Translations under genes and position numbers: made by a program
Shown: positions 28,630 to 47,619 of the stretch, in pieces
Layout: each line of letters begins with the position of its first letter
Position numbering within the stretch: position 1 is the first letter of the stretch
Notes under the pieces: model-generated
What the model was told of the DNA's origin: nothing
What the model saw: the letters and a program-made list of their open reading frames with translations, nothing else
Database searches by the model: none
Assembly (NCBI RefSeq): GCF_009914755.1
Contig: NC_060927.1
Strand: one strand, 5' to 3'
Origin: the human T2T-CHM13v2.0 reference genome, Homo sapiens
Length of the DNA stretch: 64,000 bases

Positions 28630-29990
28630 AACATTGATCACTATGATTGAGCATGACTGGTTACTAGACAAATCATGTTGGAGTAGCCTCATTTGGCTAC
28701 TATGACTAACTTAGCAACTCAGGAAAATGCAAAAGATAGCATACCTAGGCTTCAGTAGAGGATCTGGAAAGGTTTTTCATGACATCCTTGTGAACAAGAT
28801 AAAGAAATACAAAGTACCAAGAAGGTCTGATGAACAGAATGAGATAAACCTAAAAGGGCCTGGCCAGAAGTATGATTCAGATGTCTGTTCTCAGAGAGTT
28901 CAGTCTTATTAAAAATTTTCATCAATTATTTGAAAAAGAAATAAAGGATATAATTATCAAAACAGGTGAAATGAAGCTAGAAACACCAGGTAAGTTGGCA
29001 GAATACATATAAAGAGAGAAAAACAGGTTGAATTTTAAGAATACATTTGTAAGGACCTATACTTGGATATTAAGAAAAACAAAAAAAAAAAGACACTCCC
29101 CAAACTGCCAAGTTTATAATAGGCAGATGTGGCTTAGCAATTGCATATGTGGACAAAACATCCAGCTTTCAGTGGCTAGTAACATCAAAGAATCCAAAGT
29201 ATAGCATCAATGTAAACAAAAAAACAACAACATAAATACCTGCTCTCCTTTAAGACTGCATCAGTTATCAGAAGTCTATTATCTAAAGTTAAGACCAGTC
29301 CCATAATGCTGCATGTTGGCCTGAACAATTAGGAAAAGTTGTTTTCTCTAACTATATTCCAGTTAACCAATATGGATAGCTGGAATATGGTTACAGAAAA
29401 ACAACATGAGAACCTGAAGCTGTACAACATATCAAAGGGTTGGATATAGTTTGGATATCTGTCCCCTCCAAATCTCATACTGAAATGTGATCCCCAGTGT
29501 TGGAGGTGAGGCCTAGTGGGAGGTGTTTGGACCGTTAGGGCAGATCCCACATGCATGGCTTGGTGCCCTCCCTGTGATATTAAGTTCACGCAAGAGCTGG
29601 TTATTAAAAGAAGCCTGGTATTCCCTCCTCTCTCTCTTGCTCCCTCTCGTCATATGACATGCCTTGCCATCCCCCTTAGCTTTCACGAGTAAAAGCTTCC
29701 TGAGGTCTCACCAGAAGCCAAGCAGATGCTTTTGCCATGCTCACACAGCCTGCAGAACCATGAGCCAAATAAACCTCTTTCCTGAATAAATTACCCAGTT
29801 TCAGATATTCCTTTATAGCAAAGCAAAATGAACTAATACAGGGTTAAAGGAACTAACTAGGGAGGTTTATGGCACTGATAAAAATTTGCAAAGGATGTGA
29901 TCACTGTCCTCAATATGTTAAAAGCTATTACTTAAAAGGGAATTAGACTGTATACAGTACTGGGACAACAGTCAGACCAAACTGAAGACG
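28630..29990 (+). mobile_element. L3/CR1 LINE fragment (RT region), interrupted by an MST LTR
   Basis: ORF 28727 reads AYLGFSRGSGKVFHDILVNKI, resembling the CR1 RT motif YLDFSKAFDKVSHDIL. Confidence 0.65.
29441..29840 (+). mobile_element. ERVL-MaLR solo LTR (MST-like)
   Basis: tatagtttggatatctgtcccctccaaatctcat ... gcctgcagaaccatgagccaaataaacctcttt ... actaataca; gggtt on both flanks. Confidence 0.88.
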
Positions 29991-29996
29991 ATTTCT

Positions 29997-30284
29997 ATTT
30001 TGAGACGAAGTTTTGCTCTTGTTGCCCAGGCTGGAAAGCAGTGGCGCAATCTCAGGCTCACTGCAACCTCAGCCTCCTGGGTTCAAGTGATTCTCCTGCC
30101 TCAGCTTCCTGAGTAGCTGGGATTACAGGCATGTGCCACCACACCCAGCTAATTTTGTATTTTTAGTAGAGACAGGGTGTTGCCATGTTGGTCAGACTGC
30201 TCTCGAACTCCTGACCTCAGGTGATCCGCCTGCCTCGGCCTCCCGAAGTGCTAGGATTGCAGGTATAAGCCACCGCAGCTGACC
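29997..30284 (-). mobile_element. AluS, TSD ctgaagac(g/a)atttct
   Basis: Reverse Alu consensus with direct repeats. Confidence 0.92.
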
Positions 30285-30603
30285 TGAAGACAATTTCTGT
30301 TCAATATATAGAATATTTGTCTAACAGTCCTGTCCAAATGTGAAATAGACTGTCTCTAAGAGATGATGAATTCAGTGGAAGATAAAATGGACAGTTTGAC
30401 TTGGATGACTTATAGCCTAAGTAAGTAAGATTCAATAATTTTATTAAATTCCCCCTAGCTAATAAGTAGTATGAATTACATGGTACCTTTACTGAACTTC
30501 AAGTGGATGGTACTGTCTAAACTCACTTATCGATTATTCTCCTGAAAGCATCCCAGCCCTAAGTCATCCCAACATCATAATTCATGACAATTTGCTGACT
30601 TAC

Positions 30604-30717
30604 CTTGAGTGAGCCTATACGTAACACCCCTAATATTATATTGTGATGCTCTCTCTAGGGATTTTTGGAAAATCCATTGTATATGTTCAGGATCATCTCC
30701 ATCTAATGGAACCCCTT
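30604..30717 (-). CDS. UBA3: UBA3 exon 11 (114 nt; [24 protein letters not shown]...)
   Basis: acag|AAGGGG ... CAAG|gtaagt. Confidence 0.95.
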
Positions 30718-30866
30718 CTGTTTAAAAAAAAAAAGGGAGAGAGAGAGAGAGAGAAGACAGGAATACGTAATCACAAAACAATGTTTTTAATGAAATTATC
30801 CAAAGGAATAATATAGAAAAAATATGTATTTTATGTAATTCTAGATTATTAAATTAGGTTTATTAC

Positions 30867-30969
30867 CTCCAAAAGGCTGCTCCTTAGGCCACTGCAACAT
30901 CCTTACATACTCAATACAGTGTTCTGGTAGCCTGGGCATAGATGCAATGGTGCACATGGGAAAATTAAC
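30867..30969 (-). CDS. UBA3: UBA3 exon 10 (103 nt; [21 protein letters not shown]; catalytic Cys237 codon at 30952-30954)
   Basis: E1 active-site motif PxCTxxxxP..PEHC; AG/GT boundaries. Confidence 0.97.
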
Positions 30970-31771
30970 CTAAAACCACAGTTTGTCCTTTTCAGTGAAT
31001 TTTAAACGAATTATTTTAAAATGCAACTTCCAGTTATGATCTAGTTCTTAACAATTTCATACAATTTGTTTCAACTCAAAATATTGTATACCATTAAAAA
31101 TGCCTCTCAAACTATAATACAGATTAACTGAGTCACTTCACTTAGGCTGACCTGCCTGTAAAGACAGGTTTGCCCTACATTTACAAGGTATAAAATTTAA
31201 GCTTTGTTAGACTATGAGAAGAAAAATACTGAACAGATTTTCTCAAATATGAACACCTTGTTATTTTTACCTAATATTTAAGTATAAAGCAAACCAAAAC
31301 AAAAGCAAGTTCAGAGTTAAGTGAATCCCAAGTGAATACTCATAAAATTGTTTACATTTATTATTCAAAATTTCAAGTGTTCTTTAAAGTGGATATGTAA
31401 ACCAAAAAGCCCCATCCTTGGAAAGATCATTCTTATCCCTGGTATCTTTATTTCCCTGAAATAAATACAGGTGAAAACCACATAGATTACAGCTTGACAT
31501 CAATATACAACTTTGTAATTCTACTTGATACCTACTCCCCAAATAAAAAATACAAATAAATTATGAAAGCAGAATAGTATCAAAACAATGTACTCGGTTC
31601 ATATCTTTCCTCAAATAGAGCAGAATTTCATATTTTATCTTTCTTCTTAGTGTAATTTTTAAAATACGGCCACTTCTAATTAACAATCCTAAATATTAAC
31701 TAGACTTAATAATTAATCCCTAATTCCATGCCAAGATACTATAAAAGAAATGCAGGTGCTTTTTTGATTAC

Positions 31772-31927
31772 CTGTGGTGGATAAAGTTCCAGCGTGCATT
31801 CGATACAAGCAGTCATTCCAGGCAGAATCACCCGGGCATTTCCTTTAAAACCTTCTGTCCCCCCATCTATCAAAGGGACAATGGAGCTTGGATCTAAGAC
31901 ACCATCTTCATAATTTAGAAGAGATAT
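31772..31927 (-). CDS. UBA3: UBA3 exon 9 (156 nt; ...[32 protein letters not shown]; Arg211 specificity gate, first CxxC)
   Basis: ctag|ATATCT ... CAG|gtaatc; E1 GTEGFKG motif. Confidence 0.97.
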
Positions 31928-32228
31928 CTAGGAAAACAATTTGAAGGGCTTTAAAGGAGAAGGGGATAAGAATTCAAAAGAAGAAGTATGCTTTCAAGTA
32001 ATCCTATGAGTCGGTTGTGCTATTGAATACCAATGTATCAAATCAAGGGATTATAATAACAATTTGTGTCTTCACCTGAAAACCAATGACTGGCAATAAA
32101 CAATGAAGTAAATATACTTAATTAAAAATTAAACTCTGATTTTTCAAAAATATATCAATTCTAATTTTGGGGATGTGAAGCACAGCAGCAAGAACTTCAG
32201 AGAACTATAACAATACTAAAGTCTTTAC

Positions 32229-32293
32229 CAGCATGCCATTTATCCATCTTCTGGCGATGATAGAGTCCAGTCCACATACAATAATATGAAATT
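32229..32293 (-). CDS. UBA3: UBA3 exon 8 (65 nt; [22 protein letters not shown], includes Ala171)
   Basis: gtag|AATTTC ... CTG|gtaaag. Confidence 0.96.
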
Positions 32294-32857
32294 CTACAAA
32301 AAAAAAAAAAAGCAACTTTAGTTTTTAAATATGTAGTTGCATGATGATCTTTCAATGTAGATTCATCAACTGCAACAAATGTACCACTCTGGTGCAAGAT
32401 GTTGATTAGGAAGGTAGTGTGTTTGTGGGAACAGGAAGCTCTATGAGAACCCAAGTTTTCAAAAATTTTCTGTTCAATTTTGTTGTGAACATAAAACTGC
32501 CCTAAAAAATAAAGTTTACTAATTAAAAAAAAAAAGCACTTGCAGAAAACAATTTGCACGTTCTAAGAAACCAACAAAAAAACCACAAGCACTTTTTACT
32601 GTAATCCCACATACGTTCTCAGAGCTCCAATTCCTTGAGTGAACTCTCATTCAGGTAAGCATAGAAACTTGTAGCTGGTCATGTCAGCTAAAACTAGCAT
32701 TCTCTTTTCAGTCTATCAGCAACATTACTGAAAAGCCAACAGTGAGAGAGGAAAGCAAGTGAAGAAATAGCCTTGAAATAGCTAGCAATATTTGAATAGC
32801 TACCAACTAAAAAATTCTAAGAATCTAGTGAGCATTAATTTCAAGTAAAAAACTTAC

Positions 32858-32901
32858 GTCGATAGAAAGTGTCGTTAAAATCTTGAATCTTGTTGAAATG
32901 T
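32858..32901 (-). CDS. UBA3: UBA3 exon 7 (44 nt; HFNKIQDFNDTFYR)
   Basis: tcag|ACATTT ... CGAC|gtaagt; phases fit. Confidence 0.94.
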
Positions 32902-33690
32902 CTGAATACAAGTAAAGGAACTTAAGCAGCTAAGTTTTAATTTCTAAAATGAATTTGACAATGCCATAAGGAACACACTCTGCATATATTTACAACAAGA
33001 AATAAGTAATCAATGTTCACATCAGTGGAATTCAAGGAATCTGACTAAATGAACACAACTCTCCTTTCTGACAAAACTTTTCTGCCATTCCTCCCCTAAC
33101 TACTTACTTTTTCTCATTCCTGAACCCCTATATCATTATATTTATGCCCTTGGTAGGAGGTATACTTTCTACTTTGCTTTGGTTTTTATATAAAACCATA
33201 AGCCCCAGGAAAGCAGAATGTGTGTCCTCAATCATCAGCATCAAGAAGAGATGCAATAAATGTTTTAGTGAAGGAAAGATGCACATTATAGTTCCTATTT
33301 TGCTAGGTGATTTTAAGAGTTACTGCAAAGCTCATTTTTTTAACATACAGAAAATTTCAACAGCTTTTTCAGTTGGTAAAGATTTTACTGTTTTTATTTT
33401 TTGTGGGGAGGAGAAAAAGTACGAATTTTTTCTACCTTTCTCATTTAACTCAGTTTTCAAGTTACCCTACCAAATCCTATTACCAGTCTTCCCATCCCTG
33501 GAGGCTAAAAAGGAAACTCCATTCAAAACTGATTGTGGGTGAGTCAATATAGCACTTAATGTTTTAATAGCACATGTGTGCAAAAACTTGTTTTAATTTT
33601 TCTAATGAATGGAGCAATTGTTTAATAATTTATAAATTATGCAACTTCTCTAAAGTTAAGATAAATAGTCCACTATAAATTTTTTAAAAG

Positions 33691-33738
33691 CAATACAGAG
33701 AAAAAAGGGACAATACATAGAAAAAAGGGACAATACAT
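33691..33738. repeat. 20-bp tandem repeat, about 2.4 copies (caataca.agaaaaaaggga)
   Basis: Read directly. Confidence 0.85.
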
Positions 33739-34075
33739 GCTTCCTCTAGATTTTTAATTCTTGCCTACAAATAAAGCTATGAACAATAATTTCAATTCTA
33801 GCCCTCAGTCATTCAGACCTCTATTCCCTTTGAATGCTAGGCAAGCAGGAGAACGAAGCTACAGCTAGAAAGAGGTCAAAAAAGAAACAAAGCAAACAGT
33901 GGAGGAATGGCAATCAGGGAACCAAGAGCCAGACTAAGAAATCTAATCTGGATTTCTAGAAAATACCCAAAGTTTCCCAGACCCACATAATGGGGATAGA
34001 CAAACTGAGTGCCCCCCACTAACCAACCCACCCCCACCAACTCTTCCTTTTTCCCTACAGGGGCCTGTATTTGCA

Positions 34076-36240
<2,165 letters not shown>

Positions 36241-36718
36241 TCTCCAGATCTAAATTCAAACTACAGTGTAAATACTCCTTTTTAAAAACATATTTCTTGT
36301 AAAAATAAATTTACTGTGATGTACCTTCCATTTGGCTAATACTATATTGACTGTCTACTCTGTCTGCTACTATAAAGAAACAAAGATTAATTGGATCCAG
36401 CCTAGGAATTTACACTCTAGTAAAGGAGATATGTAATTGATACTGAAATTAAGGGCAATAATGCAAAATAAAGTAGATGATGAAACAGGCTTTATAAACT
36501 TAAGTTAAAAATCAGGGCCCAAAAAATATTTATATAACCATACAGAAAAGACTGGAAGAATAGATAGCAAAATGTTACCAGCAGTTATCTCAGTAATAAA
36601 GTTACTACTGCTGACTTTTTTTCCCTCTTGCTTATCTGTATTCTCTGTTAAATATCTCTTATAATAAAGGAAAAAAGCTTTTAAAAATTAAGTAATTTTC
36701 TTTTTGTCAAAAGGATAC

Positions 36719-36799
36719 GGAACTACATTGCAATTAGGAACTCTGTCATTTAGAAATTCTGCAGCAACTTCAGCCTTAGGTCTTCCAATATCTTTAGGC
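36719..36799 (-). CDS. UBA3: UBA3 exon 6 (81 nt; [27 protein letters not shown])
   Basis: gtag|GCCTAA ... TTCC|gtatcctttt (U12-type donor). Confidence 0.95.
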
Positions 36800-37366
36800 C
36801 TACAGGAAAAATATTTAAATTATAATTCATATTATAAATCTATATGATCTACATAACTTATTTTCAAACATAAAAGTAAATTCACAGTAAGTTTACTTAT
36901 AGGAAATTTAGAAGGAATATTTTTGCCTAAGTATTTTGATTTCAGTAATAACTTTTGGTAAACGGTCATTTAACCTTAAATGTCAACCCTTGCTAATGGT
37001 CCAAATTAACATAAGTCTAATTAAGTATTGCTTTAATTAAGAGAAAATCTGAACAGTGTTCTTCCTCCCAGATAAAGCATAATAATGCTATGATTCCTGG
37101 CCACTTTCCACTGTAAAAAATTATCCCACTCTTAGAGCTCAGAACCTTATGGTGTTACTCCACAGGTCTTGGCTGAAATATACACAATAAGATTCATCCT
37201 TGGGATGCAAGAACCTTCATTTAACCCCTTCTTCCTGTGTGTGCTGATTAAGCAGCAAATTTTGTGTCCCCTAAGAAGCTGCATGAAAAAGAAAAAAAAA
37301 GAAAAAAAAAATTTCACTGGACCGTATATAAAATGGAAAAAAAAAAAAAAAAGAGGCTGTAACCAT

Positions 37367-37660
<294 letters not shown>

Positions 37661-38077
37661 ACCAAGTTTTTAAAGAAAGAATAATACCAAAAGTGTCAGC
37701 TAAAATTGCAAATGTTACTATTACATCACAGAAGCTGAATATATAAAGCCTCAAAAGGTCACTCTTAAAACAATAACCACACATATAGATAGGAAAGGAT
37801 ATGAATTTCCTCCTCTAAGTTCTATACAAATGGTATTTTCTTTCCTAATATTTCCATATTCTCCTCAGAGAAATCACTCCATGTATATAATAAGAACATT
37901 ATTACTTTTTTCGTAACATATTTGCTACATACACGTCTATCATACCCACTAGACTATTATTTGGATGAAAGTGACCATGTTCTTACTCTCTTCATATTCC
38001 TTCCTACCTAGCACACAGTAAATACTTTTAAAATAAATGAAAATAATAAATCGTGTGCTTATTAGAAAAAAATCTGA

Positions 38078-38535
<458 letters not shown>

Positions 38536-39323
38536 TAATTTCAGTATTGCATTCAATGGCTCCACACACAGAAAGCTCTTTTGGTTTGTAAAAGGGATAA
38601 AGTAGACTTCTAAGATTATTTTAAGTAATATATTCTATGTGCTTTTATGGCACGGCCCAAACAAAAGAACTCCTAGATGGTTTCTGGGAACTGTTTGTTA
38701 ATTTACCATTCCAGGATGAAACAATCAGATTGCTCCACCTCAATAAAATGGCCTTTCACACACATCATCCTTGCAGGACACTCTGCCCAAATTATTTAAC
38801 CTTGAACACAAGAACCTACCCTGAGGTTGCTGAGATTAAATGGAATAATATGGATAGTTTAGAAGTACTTGCTACATATCATTATTACCATCTTCAACCA
38901 TTTTAGCCACAAATTAAAGGGTATGGCCTGTATCAATAACAAATCAATTCAGTGGTATCTTTTTCAGAGAATTCACAACTCAAAATTTGACAAGCTGGAC
39001 AGAGCCCACAAACTTTGCTATAGAGAAGGGAAATTTCAAAGGTTAAAAAATAAACAAAAAATAAAGCTTAAAAGTTAAACATTAAGGGTCACACTGCAAT
39101 TACAACACTTCATTAACTTATTTTAATCCATACTTCAGTCCCATTAAGATCTTCCACAAAGATAATGTAGAGGTTTTATGCCTATCCAAAAACTTAATGT
39201 TACCTTTTTTGCTAGCTCAACTTTATCCTATATACCCAGAACAATTTGAGCACTGTCAGTAACAGATGCAAACTTCCTAAATAGAGAGAGAAAAAAAAAG
39301 TCCTTATCTCTGTGTATCTTTGA

Positions 39324-39733
<410 letters not shown>

Positions 39734-40325
39734 CTCTACTTCTCTTCTTAAACTCATCTTTAACAAATCACTCCTTGATGTTCTCTATATTCCATATATG
39801 CCTAAGGTAACCATCCCTCTTTGTTCCATTCCAATTGGTTCTGGTTTTTCTCTCCTCGACTTTCCATTTTCTTTCCCCTTGTAGGAAAAGCTCAAACTCT
39901 TTCCCAACTTTATTGCTCCAGTCACCATTCAAACCTTGGCTCACAAATCCCTGCCAATCTCTCACTAGGGCCTAATACTCCAGCGAGTATTCTCTTCTGA
40001 CATCAACTGGAGGAAGAGCTACCGTTCTTTCCTTTCTTCAGAGCACAGTTAACCTGAGGATATTCCCAAAAATCACATAAACCTTTGGAAGGAGACTTCT
40101 TCGAAAAAACAAAAACATGTATTTGTTTACATAACTACTATCACCAAGATGCCCAAAATTTTCTTACAAAACTTTACCTACAATGGGAATGGTAGTTTTT
40201 GTTTTTTAAAATAAAATTAGTATTATCCTCTCAAGTCATTTTTAAAAATTATTAAACTGCAATGTACAAGTTCAAATGATTATCAGAGCTTAAAAAAAGA
40301 AAACCGCTAAGATATTAAAACTTAC

Positions 40326-40408
40326 CTAAATAAAAACTGCCTATTTAGATTGGAAACATCTATAGTGTCCATATCTATAACATGAATCTGTCTAAAACCA
40401 GACAAGGC
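40326..40408 (-). CDS. UBA3: UBA3 exon 5 (83 nt; [28 protein letters not shown])
   Basis: E1 signature [16 protein letters not shown]; acag|GCC ... TAG|gtaag. Confidence 0.97.
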
Positions 40409-41149
40409 CTGTGGGAATAAAAACAATCCAATTAAGCAGAAGTTTCCTCACATTTAAAAACGTAACATTTGTTTTCAATGTAGTCTTAAGTCTACAAATT
40501 CTCAGTAATAAATTCTGTGTAATTTGTATTCAATGGCTGAAAGACTCTTGCAAGGTATATAAAATTCAGAGTTCTTGAACAGGTCAAAAGTGTACAATCA
40601 CTCAGTTTCAAATAATCTATAACCAAAAGAGAACAACTCAAAATTTCTACGGATTGAAACTATTTTACATATATATATAATTCCATAAACACATTTGTAA
40701 AATTTGTTGCTTTGCTGCTATTGATGGATACTTTAATTTTACTATGCTTGCTATTATTTTTTCAAAATATTGTTAAAAGCAATTCTACAAGCTTTATTTT
40801 AGTTTACTTAATATTAAGCATGCCACAATTCAGAAATGGTAACTATTATAAGACATATATTATAAAAACACACACATGGGTAGGCTGTATTTGTAAAAGG
40901 AGTATCTTAAAAGATATTGAATCAAGAGCATGCAATTTAAAAAGCAGGGAAAGGCAAAAAACAAAAAACCTGTTAGGTTTCCATAATAATGCCATGCATT
41001 CTGAACAGTACAACCACATTCAAATTTAGCAGCAGATGCAAAAAACTGAAAAAAATAAGTCTCAATAACTAACTTTTCTGGTCTTGGTCAGTTTACTTCG
41101 ATGATCAAATAACTTGACAATAATTTCCTCATTTTTCTGTCCCCCTATA

Positions 41150-42732
<1,583 letters not shown>

Positions 42733-44220
42733 CTAGTATCATATTCTTTTTTGTTAGAATGAGCCTTTAGGGGGCTTACAATGAATTAAATAAGCAAAAC
42801 AAGGAGTAAAATTGAAAACCCTTAGTTTTCTTCTTTTGTGTAAAAGATTACTATAATGCAATAAAGAAGAGGTCACTCCTTAAAGTTGCTTGGTGACTAA
42901 TCTTCAGATCTAATCTTCAATTATTTTACACTTAAAATTAGTAAATGTCACATTTGCAAATAATGGCTTCAAAATTTAATAAGCTTTAGGAAACTTGTAC
43001 ATTTATAATACCTAACAAAAACCAATGCCCATCCTCCATAAACCCTTTCCTTCTCTAAGTCTTTGGTTCTCACACTGCTAGAGTATTTATGTTTGATACG
43101 GTACTGTCATTTTGGCATTCCACCACAGAGTATATCATGCATACTGCTATTTATTTCATGTGAGATTTATCTCCCCAATGAAACTTCAGATTGATTGAAG
43201 ACAGAGACCACGATGACATATAATCCCCACAGAACCCAGCAAGACATTAAATACAGTGAAGTATATTTAAGTTTTTACAACTTCACTCAAGCGACATTAG
43301 TGTTTCTTAACAAAATTAATGTGGCTATGTTTATATTTAAACTTTAACCCCCTTGGCCAATTATTTGGGTCCTCCATCTGGCTGTGACCTGCTTTATTTT
43401 CTAAAGAGTCTATTCCAGCATTTCCACTTTTCTACACAGCAGTGAGAAGCCTAGCATACAACTCTAAACCAATTCTGCCTCTACTCATTTGTTACATAAA
43501 CTCATTAAAATTTATAGAAAGCGACTTTGTGATTAGAAAAAGTCAAGGAAACCAATTAATTAAATCAAATTATATACTTAATTTATTTCTAAATATATGC
43601 AAATAAGTTCAGTAAAGGTTTAGCTTTCCCAAACCTTAGGTGTCCACAATCGTCTTATTAGGTCATAAAATGACCTAATGGTTCACTGAAAAAGAACACT
43701 TAACTAAGAACTGATGACCTGGATTCAATTCCAGGCAAATCGCTATAATCCACAAAAACTTCAGCAACTCAGTCAACATCTCTAAACCTCAATGTCTCCC
43801 TCTATATAAAATGGGGTAATGCCTTACCCACCTAGCTGGGTTATTTGGGGAAGCAAAAGAAATAATAAATTATTTGAAACTATACATTAAAATATGAATT
43901 GCCAGTTTTGTTATTTACTTCATTGAAGTTAGGAGCGTTTTGCCAGAGGAAGCACCAAAAGTTGTTTGTTAAAGATCAGAGAAGAAAACTGAAGTATGAA
44001 ATTTTATCAATAACTTTATAGCTGAGAGCTTTAGAATTTAAAAAGTTCCAAAGTTCTACCATTTTAATTACTGTTTGGAATTTGGCATGCTAAACTTATC
44101 TAACAAAGGCTCAAGAGAAAAGGTTAAGAATCACGAGAAATTCCCTAGTATGACAGATAAGTAAGGTTTACTTATCACAAAGAAGAAAAAAATATTTATA
44201 TATATATGTATATATATTAC

Positions 44221-44301
44221 CAGATTTTTCAGGAGCTCACATCCTAAGCCGCCAGCTCCAATGACTAGAACTTTACATGTATCTAACAAGAACTGGAGAG
44301 A
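44221..44301 (-). CDS. UBA3: UBA3 exon 4 (81 nt; nucleotide-binding GAGGLG motif)
   Basis: [27 protein letters not shown], the ThiF/E1 GxGxxG motif; AG/GT boundaries. Confidence 0.97.
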
Positions 44302-44514
44302 CTGTAAAGAATGGAAAGGCATATTAAAAGCTGGGTGATAACCGCAAAGACTATAAATAAAGCAACAAACTTTAAAATAGTTTCTGATGTTTCCAGGAAA
44401 AAATGCCACTAGGATAAAGAGGAGACTTTGTATTTGCTCAATTATTTGAAATTTGTGAATTCTATTGAACCAGGAATTCTAAAACTCTAATGATTTCAGG
44501 AAGTTTCAATGTTA

Positions 44515-44822
44515 ATTTTTCTTTTTTTTTTCTTTTTTTTGAGACGGAGTCTCGCTCTTGTCACACAGGCTGGAGTGACTGATGGGATCTCGGCTCACTG
44601 CAACCTCCGCCTCCCAGATTCAGGTGATTCTCCTGCCTCAGCTTCTCGAGTAGCTGGGATTATAGGTGTGCACTACCACACCTGGCTAATTTTTTATTTT
44701 TAGTAGATACAGGGTTTCACCATGTGGGCCAGACTGGCCTTGAACTCCTGACCTCAAGTGATCCGCCCGCCTCAGCCTCCCAAAGTTTCTTGGATTACAG
44801 GCATGAGGTGCCGCGTCCGGCC
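44515..44822 (-). mobile_element. AluS
   Basis: Reverse Alu consensus. Confidence 0.9.
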
Positions 44823-45013
44823 ATTAATGTTTTTAAATTGCCTTTTATTGTATGAAAGTTAAAGGGTATTTTTAACAAGGAAAACTATCTCTAATTTGTT
44901 TTTTAATTTTTGCAAAGGGATAGAGAACATCAAATTCAGTTAACTGACTTCCTAAAAATATAAAAGTTTAAAAATTTAAAAAACAGAGGATCAAGCACTG
45001 CCCAAAGTGTTTA

Positions 45014-45683
<670 letters not shown>

Positions 45684-46589
45684 AACATCTCCTTTTGAAT
45701 AAAGTGAGCGAAACTCACAAAACATGAGATAACACGAAAACATATAAAACTCTTAGAAAATTCCTTATCAGCAGAAATACAATCATTTAACAGAAGTAAC
45801 AATCTTAAATTATCAGGCAAAAAAAAAAATTTAGAAGCACAAGAAAATATGGTGTGTTATCTAAAGAAAGACAGAATTAATACTTTCAATTCTTTTTCTT
45901 TTTTTTTTTTTTATTTTTAATGCTTTCAGTTCTGCCCAGCATTAAAGGAGAAAGTTATTCACATGAGACACTGGGCCAAACCAAGAGTTTGCACGTTAAT
46001 TTATGGGAGTAACACAATATTTCTATTTCAAAATACTATCTTTTTATAAATACAAAAGCACATAAAGATGTGCTATACTTTTCCCTACCCTGTAATAAAA
46101 AAAAAGTGACATATAAGTGAACACTTGCCTTAAGACAGACACTATCAGTCCAAAATTCTACGCCTCTATTATTTAGTACTTACATAATTCTTAACATGCA
46201 ATTAATTATACTCAAAGCTAAGATGTTCATTCCAACTAAATTTCAAAATTTAAGTAAGCACACCTATACTCCTATCAAAATTAATTTCTCACAGTAGCAC
46301 TACAAAAGGGGAGTATGTTTCAGAAAGCATTTTAAATTTTTACATGAGGTCATGAAGTTAGATTTTTCTCACAAAAATTTTCAACTTATATTACATGAGA
46401 AATGTTAAGACTCAAATATTCAAACAAAATCAGTTGTGAATATTCAATCTCATATTTTAAGAAAAATTTAGTTTCACAAAACAATTTTATTAGTATTTTC
46501 ATTGTAAGAGCAAATTAAAAAAGAAGCATTCTATTAGTTTTGAAACATAAAACTATTAGAGCAGTTATTTAAAAATAAACGTTTCTCAC

Positions 46590-46710
46590 TTCAGTGCTCG
46601 GTTCGAAATCAGGGTGTGTGAAGGGTCCAGATCGCTCGAGGAACTTCTTTACATGGTTCCAGCGACCTTCCCAGTCTCCAGTGTCCCCACACCCACCATC
46701 AACAGCCATT
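46590..46710 (-). CDS. UBA3: UBA3 exon 3 (121 nt; [40 protein letters not shown])
   Basis: gcag|AATGGC ... GAA|gtgaga. Confidence 0.96.
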
Positions 46711-47257
46711 CTGCACAGAACACAGTAAATTCAGCTGCAAAGATCAGTATGAAAAAAACCACACCTACAACTATTATGGTATCCCCAAATGAAAAGGTAA
46801 CCACACCAGACCTGCTCAAATAAAAAGGAAAATATTCAATGTGATTATGTTTATGCTTTGAAATTTTTTCTTGCCTATTATACAATTCATTTAAAGTTAA
46901 GAACTGCACGTTTCTATTTTTATTTCACCCAATGGATGAAATAAATCAGTCTACATGTTTTTGGTTTCCTAAAGCAATCCAAGGTTCAACTTAGGATATT
47001 GGTCTATTATGTGAGAAATTGACTTCTCTACATTTGGTATTTACAAAAAAAACACTGCAAGCTTCCTCAATCTGTTGTTTCATCACACTTGCATTAGGAA
47101 ATATGAGATACAACAGAGAAAAAAAGTCACACTTTCAGAATTCTGATGCTTATATGTCTGATGCAAATTTAATATTTATGTGTCCTTTCCAAAGGTGTAA
47201 TCTAAAAATCACTTTGATGAGAGGAATTTTCACACACTTTTCTCAGAAATAAGGTTA

Positions 47258-47619
<362 letters not shown>

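Noticed and set aside
39960-40100. Possible cryptic exon in UBA3 intron 5 (ctcag|GTTAAC ... |gtgaga)
   Set aside because: Weak pyrimidine tract and no supporting homology; cannot be supported without RNA data
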